Part shown: piece by piece, positions 1 to 10,048 of the stretch
How the letters are laid out: each line of letters begins with the position of its first letter
Numbering within the stretch: the stretch's first letter is position 1
Translations under genes and position numbers: made by a program
Assembly: GCA_947623705.1 (NCBI GenBank)
Contig: CANQHT010000002.1
Location: forward strand, 1 to 35,433
DNA length: 35,433 nucleotides
Reading direction: 5' to 3'
DNA from: an uncultured Bacilli bacterium
GTDB taxonomy: Bacteria; Bacillota_I; Bacilli_A; RF39; UBA660
Notes under the pieces: generated by a model
Databases searched by the model: none
Told to the model about the DNA's origin: nothing
What the model saw: the letters and a program-made list of their open reading frames with translations, nothing else

Positions 1-1
1 T

Positions 2-1174
2 CCATATCAATATTGTTTTAGAAATGGAGATAGTGGAAACTTTGAATGTGGAACAAGTAAAACAAAAGAATATACAGTAACATCTGGGGAAACATATACA
101 ATATATGCTTATGTAATGGATAAAGCAGGAAATGTATCAAGTACATTAAATAAATCTGTAACACCAAAAAATCCAGAAATGACTCCATTAGAATTAGTTG
201 CTAAAAAACCACAAGGATTAACTCAAAATCTAGTTGGAGGAATGTATAGATATCAAGGAACGGATAATGTACCAAATTGGATATGCTTTGGAACAAAAAA
301 TCAAAATCAATGTAAAAGTGAATATGATAAATATATGTATAGAATCATAGGAATAACTCCAGAAGGACAAATGTATTTATTAAAAGAGACAACCCTAAAA
401 GAGGAAAATACGAAAAGATTTAGTTGGGATACTCAATACAAACTAACAGGCCCGGAATATAGTAAATGTACAAATGGAATTTGTCATGAATGGAATGAAG
501 CAAACATATTTCAAAGAATAAATGGAATTTCTAATGGTACACAACCAGGAGAAAGCTCATATTTTACTGGTACTAATTATACAGGTACTGACATTTTTGT
601 AGATAGCACATATTATGATTATTTAAAATCAGGGGATAAAATAAATGGTGAAGAAAAAGAAAGCGATTGGTATAAGTTAATTAATACTCACTCTTGGTAT
701 TATGGAGATACTACTGAATTAGATAATTTATATAATGGTGACTATATGTATGCTATAGAAACAGGCAATGCAAAAACAACCCATTATATTCAAAAGCCAG
801 TTGGTTCAACAACTATAGTAGAAGAAAAATATCAGTGGACTAAAACAGTACCAGCCAAAATAAGTTTAATGTATGTTCATGATATATTGTATGCTTATCC
901 TGGAGGAAATCCAAGTAGTGCTGAAGACAGAAAAAATTGTTGGATTGCTACTTTAAAGGATGGATATGATAATTATACTTGGGAAAACTTAAGTACGCGA
1001 ACTGGTTGGGATGATGAGGGTTTAGGAGTAGGCGCGATGGCATTTAATAAAGGTTATATTGAAGACAACGCTACTTATAATCCTGGAGGTGTACGTCCTG
1101 TCTTCTATCTGACATCCGAGGCAAGAATAACGGGAGGAGAAGGAACACAAAGTTTACCGTACATCCTCGGTTAA
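2..1174 (+). CDS. Secreted/surface protein, C-terminal portion (5' end outside the window); paralog of 29237..30529
   Basis: The frame is open from base 2 (PYQYCFRNGDSGNFECGTSK..YAYVMDKAGNVSS, an Ig-like D-x-AGN-x-S strand) into tracked ORF 116..1174. It shares blocks with the 430-aa ORF at 29237 (MYRYQG, YMYRIIGI, HSW-YGD, YNGD-Y-IE-GN, RPVFYL, GEGT). No family name recognised. Confidence 0.6.
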   Translation, partial: PYQYCFRNGDSGNFECGTSKTKEYTVTSGETYTIYAYVMDKAGNVSSTLNKSVTPKNPEMTPLELVAKKPQGLTQNLVGGMYRYQGTDNVPNWICFGTKNQNQCKSEYDKYMYRIIGITPEGQMYLLKETTLKEENTKRFSWDTQYKLTGPEYSKCTNGICHEWNEANIFQRINGISNGTQPGESSYFTGTNYTGTDIFVDSTYYDYLKSGDKINGEEKESDWYKLINTHSWYYGDTTELDNLYNGDYMYAIETGNAKTTHYIQKPVGSTTIVEEKYQWTKTVPAKISLMYVHDILYAYPGGNPSSAEDRKNCWIATLKDGYDNYTWENLSTRTGWDDEGLGVGAMAFNKGYIEDNATYNPGGVRPVFYLTSEARITGGEGTQSLPYILG

Positions 1175-1222
1175 GCGAAAAGAAATAATTATGTGGTGAA
1201 GCCCTTTTTTTGGGTATTTAAT

Positions 1223-1260
1223 AAATAGAGAGTATTCATCAAGTTCTCTATTTATTTTTA
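1223..1260 (+). terminator. Rho-independent terminator after the surface-protein gene
   Basis: A 9-bp stem aaatagaga/tctctattt with a 13-nt loop, followed by a T-rich run. Confidence 0.5.
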
Positions 1261-1295
1261 TATAAATTTAGCATCTATTTTTTTCTATAGTTAAA

Positions 1296-1325
1296 TTTAC
1301 AATAACCAATATTCTATGGTATAAT
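1296..1325 (+). promoter_or_regulatory. Sigma-A type promoter for the rplI operon
   Basis: TTTACA, then an 18-bp spacer containing TGg, then TATAAT (extended -10 tggtataat). It sits ~25 nt upstream of the GGAGG RBS of rplI. Confidence 0.5.
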
Positions 1326-1349
1326 ATATTAAATGTTTTAGGAGGATAT

Positions 1350-1790
1350 ATGAAGGTTATTTTACTAAAAGATGTTAAAGGGCAAGGCAAAAAAGATGAT
1401 ATTATCGATGTCAGTGATGGTTATGGTAATAATTATTTAATTAAGAATAAATTGGGAGTAAAATATACTAAAGGTAGTAAAGATGTTTTAGATAAAGAAA
1501 TTAAAACAAGACAAGATAATGAAGATGCTTTAGTAAGTGATTTAGAAAAAATAAAAAATAAACTTGCTAATCAAAATATCAAATTTAAAGTTAAAACTGG
1601 TAAGAATGATAAAGTATTTGGAAATATTTCCACTAAACAAATATGTGAAGAACTTAAAAATAAAGGATTTAATATTGATAAGAAATGTTTAAAATTAGAT
1701 GGTAATATTGATTCTTTAGGAGTTCATAAAGTAGAGATAGAATTACATAAAAGAGTTAAATTTAGTATTAATATAGTTGTTGAAAAGTAG
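1350..1790 (+). CDS. rplI: 50S ribosomal protein L9
   Basis: The N-terminus MKVILLKDVKGQGKKDDIIDVSDGYGNNYLI is the classic L9 signature. It is 146 aa, has a GGAGG RBS, and sits immediately upstream of dnaB as in most Bacillota. Confidence 0.93.
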   Translation: MKVILLKDVKGQGKKDDIIDVSDGYGNNYLIKNKLGVKYTKGSKDVLDKEIKTRQDNEDALVSDLEKIKNKLANQNIKFKVKTGKNDKVFGNISTKQICEELKNKGFNIDKKCLKLDGNIDSLGVHKVEIELHKRVKFSINIVVEK

Positions 1791-1800
1791 GTGATTTAAT

Positions 1801-3144
1801 ATGGCAGGAAGAGTTATGCCATCTAATAAAGAAGCAGAAATGAGTGTCCTTGGTGTTTGCTTTTTAGATAATAGTAAAATTGAAGATATATGTGATGAAG
1901 TAAATGCCGATATGTTTTTTGATGAGAGAAATAAATTTTTATTCGAGGCAATTTCTGAATTACATAAAAATAATGTTCCCATTGATATTAAAATGGTTAA
2001 AGAGGAACTAGATAAAAAGAAAAGATTAAATGCTGTTGGTATGCCATATATTAGTGAAGTTATTGATTCAGTGATAACGACAGCCAATTTAAATCATTAT
2101 ATAAAATTAATTAAAGAGTATGCGACAAGAAGAAATATCATTAATACAGCGACCGAAATTGTAACAGAAGCCTATGAAGAAGATGATGTAACAACTCTTT
2201 TAGATGATGCGGAAAAGAATATTTTAAATGTTATTAAGGCAAGAACTGTTAAAGAGTTTGTACCCATTCAAGAAATACTTAGAAGAGCCCAAGCGAAATT
2301 AGAAGAACTTGCTAAAAGTAAGAAATTAGTAACGGGATTAGAAACCGGATTTTATGATTTTGACCGGATTACAACTGGGTTTCAACCTGGTGAACTTATT
2401 ATTTTAGCGGCCCGCCCTGGTATGGGTAAAACAGCCCTTGCTTTAAATATGGCGACTTATGCGGCGACTACAACTAAAAAAGCCATTGCGATATTCAATC
2501 TAGAAATGCCTGCGGAACAACTTGTTAACCGGATTATTAGCGCCTTAGGTAATATCGATAATAATAAATTACAAACTGGTAATATGCTAGAAATGGATTG
2601 GAAAAGATATACCGAAGCGATGAATACTTTAGCGGAAACTAATCTATATATTGAAGATAATTCGGGAATAACTGTTTCTGAAATAAAAGCTAAATGTCGG
2701 AGACTTGCTAATATGCCTGAAGGTTTAGGTTTAGTAGTTATCGATTACTTACAATTAGTTACTACTGGTAACAAAAGAATAGAATCAAGACAAGTGGAAG
2801 TATCCGAAATATCTCGTAGTTTAAAGTTAATGGCGCTAGAACTAGGTGTTCCGGTTATTGCTTGTGCCCAACTTTCGAGAAATGCTGAGCGAAGAGAATC
2901 AAATATGCCAATGCTTGCTGATTTAAGAGAGTCAGGTTCAATTGAACAAGATGCCGATATCGTTTTATTTATTAACCGGAAAGATTATTATGAAGCAAGA
3001 AAAGACCAAAAAGAAAAAATTGTTCCGGCCGAGCTTGTTATTGCAAAGCATAGAAAAGGAAATAATGGTACTATTGATTTAATGTTTGAAAAGAATTTAA
3101 GTGCTTTTAGAAATGTAGCACATGATGTTGGTGATGAAGAATGA
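1801..3144 (+). CDS. dnaB: Replicative DNA helicase DnaB
   Basis: Walker A GELIILAARPGMGKTALALN, Walker B VVIDYLQL, and the IACAQLSR / ADLRESGSIEQDADIV motifs. 447 aa. Confidence 0.95.
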   Translation: MAGRVMPSNKEAEMSVLGVCFLDNSKIEDICDEVNADMFFDERNKFLFEAISELHKNNVPIDIKMVKEELDKKKRLNAVGMPYISEVIDSVITTANLNHYIKLIKEYATRRNIINTATEIVTEAYEEDDVTTLLDDAEKNILNVIKARTVKEFVPIQEILRRAQAKLEELAKSKKLVTGLETGFYDFDRITTGFQPGELIILAARPGMGKTALALNMATYAATTTKKAIAIFNLEMPAEQLVNRIISALGNIDNNKLQTGNMLEMDWKRYTEAMNTLAETNLYIEDNSGITVSEIKAKCRRLANMPEGLGLVVIDYLQLVTTGNKRIESRQVEVSEISRSLKLMALELGVPVIACAQLSRNAERRESNMPMLADLRESGSIEQDADIVLFINRKDYYEARKDQKEKIVPAELVIAKHRKGNNGTIDLMFEKNLSAFRNVAHDVGDEE

Positions 3145-4649
3145 AAAATAAGTTAATTGGGTTTCTTTTATGTGCAATTGTTTTAACTATATATTTTATT
3201 AGTAATACTTATCAAAATATGACCGAAGTAAATAGATATTATAATGTTTATTTAGATGGGAAAATTATTGGGAGTATTAATGATAAAGATGAATTATATA
3301 AATTAATTGATGAAAAACAACAAGGTATTAAAGATAAATTTGGGGTAAATAATGTGTATCCCCCAAGTAGTTTACAAGTTATTGAAACATATTCTTATAA
3401 TCCCACGATATCATCTTTAGATACCGTTTATAATAAAATTGAAGAAATGCAAGATTTTACAATTTTAGGTTATGAAATTGAAGTAACTAAAGAAAAAGAT
3501 GATTCTAATGAAGCGAAAGATTTTAAAATATATGTGTTAGATAAAGAAGTTTTTGAAACAGCTTTAAGAAGTTTTATTTTAGCTTTTATCTCTGAAGAAG
3601 ATTTAGATGATTATTTAAATGGTACTCAAGAAAATCTTAATGATATTGGAAAATACTATGATGAAATGAAAATTTTAGAAGATATAACTATTAGAAGAAA
3701 AAGAATTAGCGTTAATAATAAAATTTATGAAAGCAGTGAAGAACTAGCTCAAGAATTATTATTTGGTTTTAATTATGAAGAAAAATTATATACTATTAAA
3801 AGTGGGGATACTATTGAATCAATTAGTGAAGCCAATACTTTAAATACCCAAGAATTTTTAATTGCTAATCCAAAGTATTCTTCAAAAGATGCTTTGCTAG
3901 CGATTGGTGATCAAGTTAATATTACCTTAATTGATCCGGAATTATCATTTTCTTATACGATATCTGAGCGAAAAGAAAACGAATATAAATTTGAAGAAAT
4001 TGTTGATCACCGAGATAATACTCAACCATCTAGTTATAAATCCATTTTAAGAGCGGGTGTTACCGGTATATCTATTGAAACAAGTCACTATAATGTTGTT
4101 AATGGGGAACCAAATAACGAAGTTGTAATCGATCCTAATCCAGAAATTGTTCGGGAAAAAATTGATCAACTTGTTGTAAGAGGAAGAGAAACATCCTTTG
4201 GTAATTCTTATGAAGTTGATACAGGTGAAGGTTGGAAGTGGCCAACCCAAAGTCCATATTTAATTACAAGTGAATTTGCACCGCGTTGGGGTAAACATCA
4301 CAATGGTATGGATATCTCTGGCCCAGGTGAAGGAAGTAATATTTATGCCGTAACTGCCGGTCAAGTTATTACTGTAGTTACTGATTGTCCTAATTATGGT
4401 ACTTATGGTAGTCGTTGTGGTAGTGGCTATGGTAATCACGTTGTTATTGATCATGGTAATGGATTATATACGACTTATGCCCATATGAGTGATGATGTCC
4501 CAGTAGTGGTTGGTCAAATGGTAAGTCGTGGTACTATTTTAGGTCATATGAATAGAAGTGGTTCATCAACTGGTGTTCACTTACACTTTGGCGTTTCTAT
4601 TGGAAGCCCTGAAAACTATGTTAATCCAAGGAGTTATTTGTTCCGATGA
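3141..4649 (+). CDS. Membrane-anchored LysM-domain M23 family metallopeptidase
   Basis: N-terminal TM helix, a LysM-like segment (YTIKSGDTIESISEANTLNTQEFLIANP) and M23 motifs (HNGMDISG, GNHVVIDHGNGLYTTYAHMS, GVHLHFGV). ATGA overlap with dnaB. Confidence 0.85.
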   Translation: MKNKLIGFLLCAIVLTIYFISNTYQNMTEVNRYYNVYLDGKIIGSINDKDELYKLIDEKQQGIKDKFGVNNVYPPSSLQVIETYSYNPTISSLDTVYNKIEEMQDFTILGYEIEVTKEKDDSNEAKDFKIYVLDKEVFETALRSFILAFISEEDLDDYLNGTQENLNDIGKYYDEMKILEDITIRRKRISVNNKIYESSEELAQELLFGFNYEEKLYTIKSGDTIESISEANTLNTQEFLIANPKYSSKDALLAIGDQVNITLIDPELSFSYTISERKENEYKFEEIVDHRDNTQPSSYKSILRAGVTGISIETSHYNVVNGEPNNEVVIDPNPEIVREKIDQLVVRGRETSFGNSYEVDTGEGWKWPTQSPYLITSEFAPRWGKHHNGMDISGPGEGSNIYAVTAGQVITVVTDCPNYGTYGSRCGSGYGNHVVIDHGNGLYTTYAHMSDDVPVVVGQMVSRGTILGHMNRSGSSTGVHLHFGVSIGSPENYVNPRSYLFR

Positions 4650-5410
4650 AAGTATGTATATTAGCAAGTGGTTCTAAAGGCAATTCCACTTATATTGAAA
4701 CTAAAAACCATCATATATTACTTGATATGGGGAAAACAAAAAAATATATAGTGGAAGCCTTAAAACAAATTGATGTGGACCCCAAAAGTATTGATATAAT
4801 TTTAATTAGTCATTTACATAGTGATCATATCTCGGCTTTAGAAACTTTTATTAAGGCTTATCCCGCTACAGTTTGTATGCCCGAAGAAATGTTTTTGAAT
4901 TTGCCATCAATTAAAAATTATGACCATATTAAAATCTATGATGATGAAATTAATTTTGATGATTTAAAGATTTATGCGCTTAAATCTAGTCACGATTCAC
5001 CAGGTTCTAGAAACTTCATTATTGAAGAAGATGGGCATTCTTTAGTGCAAATAACGGATACGGGTTATATAAAAAATAAATATTTTAAATTACTGCAAAA
5101 TAGAGAAGTCTATTTTATGGAAAGTAATCACGATGTGGAAATGTTAACGCACGGTCCCTATCCGGAAATGACTAAACGAAGAATTTTATCTGATGAAGGC
5201 CACTTATCTAATCAAGCCTCTGGTTTTTACCTTGCCAAATTAATCGGCGATAAAACGAAAAAAGTTTACTTAATGCACTTAAGTGAAACTAATAATAATC
5301 CAAAGATTGCTTTAAAAACGGTAAAAGATACTTTAAAAGAATATAATGTAGAATTTAAAGATATAAAAGTTGCTACTCAAAATGAGATAAGTGAAGTGAT
5401 AAATATATGA
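4646..5410 (+). CDS. MBL-fold metallo-hydrolase (YycJ/WalJ-like)
   Basis: HxHxDH motif (ISHLHSDHISAL), 254 aa, and a position directly upstream of rlmH as for yycJ in Bacilli. ATGA overlap with the preceding gene. Confidence 0.8.
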   Translation: MKVCILASGSKGNSTYIETKNHHILLDMGKTKKYIVEALKQIDVDPKSIDIILISHLHSDHISALETFIKAYPATVCMPEEMFLNLPSIKNYDHIKIYDDEINFDDLKIYALKSSHDSPGSRNFIIEEDGHSLVQITDTGYIKNKYFKLLQNREVYFMESNHDVEMLTHGPYPEMTKRRILSDEGHLSNQASGFYLAKLIGDKTKKVYLMHLSETNNNPKIALKTVKDTLKEYNVEFKDIKVATQNEISEVINI

Positions 5411-5844
5411 TTAAAATAATTTGTTTTGGTAAAATAAAAGAAGAATATTTGAAAGATTTGATTAATGATTATTTAAAAAGAATTAATAAATATCATAAGA
5501 TAGAAATAATTGAACTTAAAGATAATGAGGATATTACTAAAGAAACCGAAGAGTTATTAAAAATATTAAATTTAAAAGAATATAATATTGCTTTAACAAT
5601 TACTGGTAGTTCTTATACTAGTGAAGACTATGCTAAACATTTAGATAATTTATTTAATTATCATAGTAATATTAATTTTATAATTGGTTCCTCTAATGGG
5701 TTAAGTAATGAAGTAATATCTAAATGTAATGAGGAGATAAGTTTTTCTAATTTGACATTTCCTCATGGACTATTTCGGGGCATTTTGCTAGAACAAATTT
5801 ACCGAGCCTTTAAAATAAATAATAACGAGCGTTACCATAAATAA
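5407..5844 (+). CDS. rlmH: 23S rRNA (pseudouridine1915-N3)-methyltransferase RlmH
   Basis: SPOUT-family signature across the whole length. The C-terminus ISFSNLTFPHGLFRGILLEQIYRAFKINNNERYHK is typical RlmH. Confidence 0.92.
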   Translation: MIKIICFGKIKEEYLKDLINDYLKRINKYHKIEIIELKDNEDITKETEELLKILNLKEYNIALTITGSSYTSEDYAKHLDNLFNYHSNINFIIGSSNGLSNEVISKCNEEISFSNLTFPHGLFRGILLEQIYRAFKINNNERYHK

Positions 5845-5856
5845 AAAGGAGGATTT

Positions 5857-7128
5857 ATGACTATTAAAGAATTAACAGAATTATTTTTAGAAAAAAGCCA
5901 AAAATATCGCAAGGAAATATTTTACTTACACGATGAGATTATTAAGTATGAAGAAATAATTGAGGAGTTAAATAATAAAAATATAACTAAAGAAGCAATT
6001 AATCTGTTATATGATAAATATCGTTTCTTACTTAATAAAAAGAATTATGAAACTTATTTACCGACCCTTAAAGCCGATTTATTTGTTTTAAAAGAAAGAC
6101 TTAAAATATTTGAAGTTAAGTATAAAAATGCTTGGGATGTATTTAAGTTATTAAAATACCATCAAGTTGTAAGTCCTAGTTTAATTTGTTTTGTTAAAGA
6201 AGAATTAACTTTAGATGGCTATAGTGATGTGAATATAATAAAAGCTAATGAAAAAATAAAAATATATAATACAAATCAAACCGTTAAAACAACGGGTGCT
6301 TTAAAAAGCAAAGATTTATATTTAATCTCTAATTTAATTGATCACGGTTTTTATGATTACCGGATAAAGAAGCCTTTAGATAATGAAAAAGAACTTATGA
6401 AAGTTGCGGATAATTATATTAAATTATATCAAAATAATGATTTTGAAATGGCTGATAAAATAATTAATGCTGATTTTGAATATTATAATCCTAAAGAAAT
6501 AGAGCATATTTACTTACATATGTTAGATTATTATCAAGAGAAAATATATTCTTTAAATGAAGTAGTAAGAGATAAAGATTATTATTTTGATATTACAATA
6601 CTTAATGATATAAAAGAAGACTATAAAAAGATAATCCCAGTATATGAACATGTAAAAAACAATTTTGATAATTTAAAAATAGTTAAAAAGGAAGAACAAT
6701 TAGAAGAAGAAATTGTTGAACCTTTAGAAGAAAAACCTGAAGAAAACAAATTATATTATTCTACTCAGAGTGAGGATGCTGATAAATGCTATTTTATGCG
6801 AGATTTAGTTACCTTAAGAAAAGAAGGTTTAGATGATATTCTAACAATGCTAGATGACTTTAAAAATGGTGGAAAAAGATTTATTAAAACAATTAATTAT
6901 GGTTATATTGAACTTAAAGACGATCAAATTAGAATCATTTTAAAACCAATGGGTAATAATAATTATTCTGTTATTGGAACATTTATTAAAAAAAGTGATA
7001 ATTTAATGACTATGTACAAAAAGATGTATGATAGACCTTTAGCAGAAATAAATGATGAGTATTCAAAAGAGGTTGAAGAAGCATATATAAATTATATTTC
7101 TGAAAATGGTCGTAAAGGAACAAGATAG
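5857..7128 (+). CDS. Hypothetical protein: helical N-terminal region, acidic linker, C-terminal domain with a RelE/Gp49-like sequence pattern
   Basis: AAGGAGG RBS and a long clean ORF. Linker EEQLEEEIVEPLEEKPEE. C-terminal GYIELKDDQIRIILKPMGNNNYSVIGTFIKKSD resembles the ELR..iRi.y...vil..F.KK pattern of HigB/Gp49-type toxins (pattern recall only). Confidence 0.6.
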   Translation: MTIKELTELFLEKSQKYRKEIFYLHDEIIKYEEIIEELNNKNITKEAINLLYDKYRFLLNKKNYETYLPTLKADLFVLKERLKIFEVKYKNAWDVFKLLKYHQVVSPSLICFVKEELTLDGYSDVNIIKANEKIKIYNTNQTVKTTGALKSKDLYLISNLIDHGFYDYRIKKPLDNEKELMKVADNYIKLYQNNDFEMADKIINADFEYYNPKEIEHIYLHMLDYYQEKIYSLNEVVRDKDYYFDITILNDIKEDYKKIIPVYEHVKNNFDNLKIVKKEEQLEEEIVEPLEEKPEENKLYYSTQSEDADKCYFMRDLVTLRKEGLDDILTMLDDFKNGGKRFIKTINYGYIELKDDQIRIILKPMGNNNYSVIGTFIKKSDNLMTMYKKMYDRPLAEINDEYSKEVEEAYINYISENGRKGTR

Positions 7129-7143
7129 TAAGGATGTAAAAAA

Positions 7144-7803
7144 ATGATTGGTAATGATTGGGATAAAGTTTTAGAAGTGGTTGAAAATAGTGTGGGTTTT
7201 AAAAAATTTTTACAAATGATTAATGAAAAATATAATACTAGTACGGTATATCCCCCTAAAAATTATATTTTTAATGCTCTAAAATTAACCAGTTTTAAAG
7301 ATGTTAAAGTCGTAATTATGGGGCAAGATCCTTATCATGGTGAAGGAGAAGCGCATGGGCTTTCTTTTAGTGTTCAAAAAGGTATTAAGATTCCACCATC
7401 ATTACAAAATATCTATAAAGAATTAGAGGATGATTTAGGTATTAAACCGAGCGAATATGGTGATTTAACTAAATGGGCTAAAGAGGGAGTGCTTTTGCTT
7501 AATGCGGTTTTAACTGTCGAAAAAGATAAGCCGGCATCGCACCGTAACTTGGGCTGGGAACTATTAACTGATTATATAATTAAAGCTGTTAATCAAAAAG
7601 AAGAACCAGTTGTCTTTATATTATGGGGAAATTTTGCCAAAGAAAAACAAAAGTATATAACTAATCCTAAACACCTAGTTTTGACTAGTTCGCATCCCTC
7701 ACCATTCTCTGCTAGTTATGGCTTTTTTGGTTCAAAACCTTTCTCTAAAACAAATGAATTTCTAATCAAAAACAATATGAAACCAATTGATTGGCAATTA
7801 TAA
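7144..7803 (+). CDS. ung: Uracil-DNA glycosylase
   Basis: Family-1 UDG motifs VVIMGQDPYHG and HPSPFSA. 219 aa. Confidence 0.95.
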   Translation: MIGNDWDKVLEVVENSVGFKKFLQMINEKYNTSTVYPPKNYIFNALKLTSFKDVKVVIMGQDPYHGEGEAHGLSFSVQKGIKIPPSLQNIYKELEDDLGIKPSEYGDLTKWAKEGVLLLNAVLTVEKDKPASHRNLGWELLTDYIIKAVNQKEEPVVFILWGNFAKEKQKYITNPKHLVLTSSHPSPFSASYGFFGSKPFSKTNEFLIKNNMKPIDWQL

Positions 7804-7806
7804 AAA

Positions 7807-7847
7807 AACCGATAAGGAATTAAAATGTTTCTCCTTCATCGGTTTTA
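7807..7847. terminator. Bidirectional terminator between convergent ung and lemA
   Basis: Stem aaccgataagga / tccttcatcggtt (one bulge), flanked by an A-run upstream and a T-run downstream. Confidence 0.5.
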
Positions 7848-8356
7848 TTATTTATTGAGGTATAATAACTTCTAATTTTAAAATTGGCAACTTTACTCAT
7901 TAAACTATAAGGGAATGTTTTTAAGAGTTGATTAGATTGTAAAGCATTTTGATTAAATAAATTTTTAGATGCTACTAATACTTCATCTACTTCTCTTAAG
8001 TGTTGATAATTTTTCATAAATTCTTTATCACTATTAATTTCGGTAAAATCTTTCATAAGTTCATTTATAAGTCTTACAGCTTCTTCTAACTTTAAATCTT
8101 TTTCAATATTAGTAGTTATCATATCTTTTAAATTAGTATAATCTTTTAAATAATCTTTTTTACCAGTAACTTTTTTTATTTGACTATTCATGGCAATTAT
8201 TAAATCAAATTTTTTATCCAGATTTTCTTCAATTAAACTTTCGGCCTTTTCCATCTTTTCTTTATAACCTTTTAATTTACTATAACTGGCAACATAGATT
8301 AAGGCTAAAATAGCAATTACTGCAAAAACAATGGAAATTACTAAATAGATATTCAT
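7820..8356 (-). CDS. lemA: LemA family membrane protein
   Basis: N-terminal TM helix, then Y..L......KAES.I...L.KKFDLI, and the C-terminal FNQNALQSNQLLKTFPYSLMSKVANFK pattern (YN..v..yN..i..FP). 178 aa. Confidence 0.75.
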   Translation of the reverse strand: MNIYLVISIVFAVIAILALIYVASYSKLKGYKEKMEKAESLIEENLDKKFDLIIAMNSQIKKVTGKKDYLKDYTNLKDMITTNIEKDLKLEEAVRLINELMKDFTEINSDKEFMKNYQHLREVDEVLVASKNLFNQNALQSNQLLKTFPYSLMSKVANFKIRSYYTSINNKTDEGETF

Positions 8357-9978
8357 TTTTTATCCCTTTTCTTTCTAATCTTTTTACTTAAATCTTTACC
8401 AAATATTTTATTAATGGCGTCTTTATTAATCGTGTAATAGATAACTAAGAAGACTATACCAATAATCGCCATTATAAATATTAATCTAAATCTACCATCT
8501 ACATTATTTATTATACCACAAGTTATTAAAGATAAAACAATCATAATTACATAACTAAATAATAATCTAGGCAATTTTTTCAATGTTTCTTTATATTCTA
8601 AATGATATTTATTTTTTAAAGCCACAAATGGAATAAATAAAGAAATTATATAACCAATTAAGGTAGCAGTTATCGTACCATAATAAGGATATAGACCTAA
8701 ATCATTAAAGATAAACATTAAAGGTAAATCTAATATTAAATTTAAACTTAAACCCAATAAAACGGATTTATAAATTAGTTTAGTTTCATTAAGACCTTGT
8801 AAACCATTACAAATCATAATATATAAAGCATCAACTGCCGCGATAATAATGGAATATCTTAAAATAGTTGTTCCTAAAGTACTTGGACTAATAAAGATTG
8901 CATAGACTTGGTTAGCAAATATACTCATAAATATCGCTAAAGGAAGAGCAATATATAAAAATATTTGAATGGTTTTATTAAATTTATCATTAATATCTTG
9001 ATAATCTTTTTGAGCTTTACTTTTAGCAAGAGTAGGCACTAAACTTAAGGCAATTCCGGTTGCAATACTAGTAATAATCGTATTCATTTTACTTATGTAG
9101 GTTGTAAACATGCCACTGATGGTCGTAATTTCAACTGGACTATATTTTAAATAATTTAAACCTCTTATTAATAAAGATAAATCGGTAATCGAATATAAGG
9201 AATTAGCCACATTAATAACAATAAAAGGAATGGCATATAATATGACTTTTTTAATAATTTTTTTCTTTTCATTTATTTTTAATTCTTTAGGTTTAGTCTT
9301 ATCCTTTTTAAGTTCCTTCATTTTAATAAATAGATAGATATACGCTACTAAAGCCCCAAGAAAAGCTCCGAAAACAGCAATACCTATGGTAAACTTTAAA
9401 CTTAAATGTAACATTTTATAACAAATGAAACTACCCATTAATATAACTATAACTCTCACTATTTGTTCAATTACTTGGCTAAAAGATGATGGAAACATAA
9501 AGCCACTACCTTGAAAGTATCCTCTTACAACAGACATCAAAGGCACTACTAAAATAGCAAAAGATACACATCGAATAACAAAAGCAATTTCCGGAATAGT
9601 ACTTAAAACGGAATCTTTAGTACCAACTAATATTTTAGCAATAGTGGGAGCAAATAAAAAACAAATTAGAAAAGATATAAGAGAGAAAATAAAAATAAAT
9701 TTTTGACTAGCTTTTAACATGTAATTTTTTTCATTTACTTTACCTAAAGAATTATATTCACTAGTAAGCTTACTAATAGCAAGAGGAATACCCGCAGTTG
9801 ATATAACTAAGAAAAAATTATAAATTTGATAAGCATAACCATATAATGCTCCACCTTCATAACCAACAATACTATGAAAAGGAGTTATATAAATAATTCC
9901 AATAAATTTTGAAATAAAGATTGCTAAAGTGGCAATTATTGCACCTTCAATAAAACCATTCTTTTTCATCTTAATCAC
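8353..9978 (-). CDS. MOP-superfamily flippase (MurJ/SpoVB-type polysaccharide/lipid II flippase)
   Basis: 541 aa and highly hydrophobic with about 14 TM segments. The N-terminus FIEGAIIATLAIFISKFIGIIY..P is typical of the SpoVB/MurJ group. 4-bp overlap with lemA. Confidence 0.8.
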   Translation of the reverse strand: MIKMKKNGFIEGAIIATLAIFISKFIGIIYITPFHSIVGYEGGALYGYAYQIYNFFLVISTAGIPLAISKLTSEYNSLGKVNEKNYMLKASQKFIFIFSLISFLICFLFAPTIAKILVGTKDSVLSTIPEIAFVIRCVSFAILVVPLMSVVRGYFQGSGFMFPSSFSQVIEQIVRVIVILMGSFICYKMLHLSLKFTIGIAVFGAFLGALVAYIYLFIKMKELKKDKTKPKELKINEKKKIIKKVILYAIPFIVINVANSLYSITDLSLLIRGLNYLKYSPVEITTISGMFTTYISKMNTIITSIATGIALSLVPTLAKSKAQKDYQDINDKFNKTIQIFLYIALPLAIFMSIFANQVYAIFISPSTLGTTILRYSIIIAAVDALYIMICNGLQGLNETKLIYKSVLLGLSLNLILDLPLMFIFNDLGLYPYYGTITATLIGYIISLFIPFVALKNKYHLEYKETLKKLPRLLFSYVIMIVLSLITCGIINNVDGRFRLIFIMAIIGIVFLVIYYTINKDAINKIFGKDLSKKIRKKRDKK

Positions 9979-10048
9979 CTATAATTATTATATTTTGAAT
10001 AAGCGTATTTTACAAGAGCAAAAAAATAAAATTATGAAAGAGGTAATT

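Noticed and set aside
1743-2087. A 114-aa antisense ORF across the rplI/dnaB junction, plus the similar track ORFs 4047..4250, 4260..4454, 16563..16775, 16891..17103, 18965..19150, 19599..19835, 20063..20296, 26543..26788, 28929..29153, 29976..30278, 30315..30518 and 30650..30853.
   Set aside because: All lie antisense within well-supported genes. They have low-complexity Ser/Phe/Ile-rich translations, no RBS and no recognisable motifs. They are typical shadow ORFs of AT-rich DNA.
3141-5410. Possible Mollicutes-type genetic code (TGA = Trp), given the extreme AT-richness.
   Set aside because: TGA terminates dnaB, the M23 peptidase and the MBL hydrolase exactly at ATGA overlaps with the next start codon. 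The proteins end at homolog-like lengths, Trp is encoded by TGG, and cell-wall genes are abundant.
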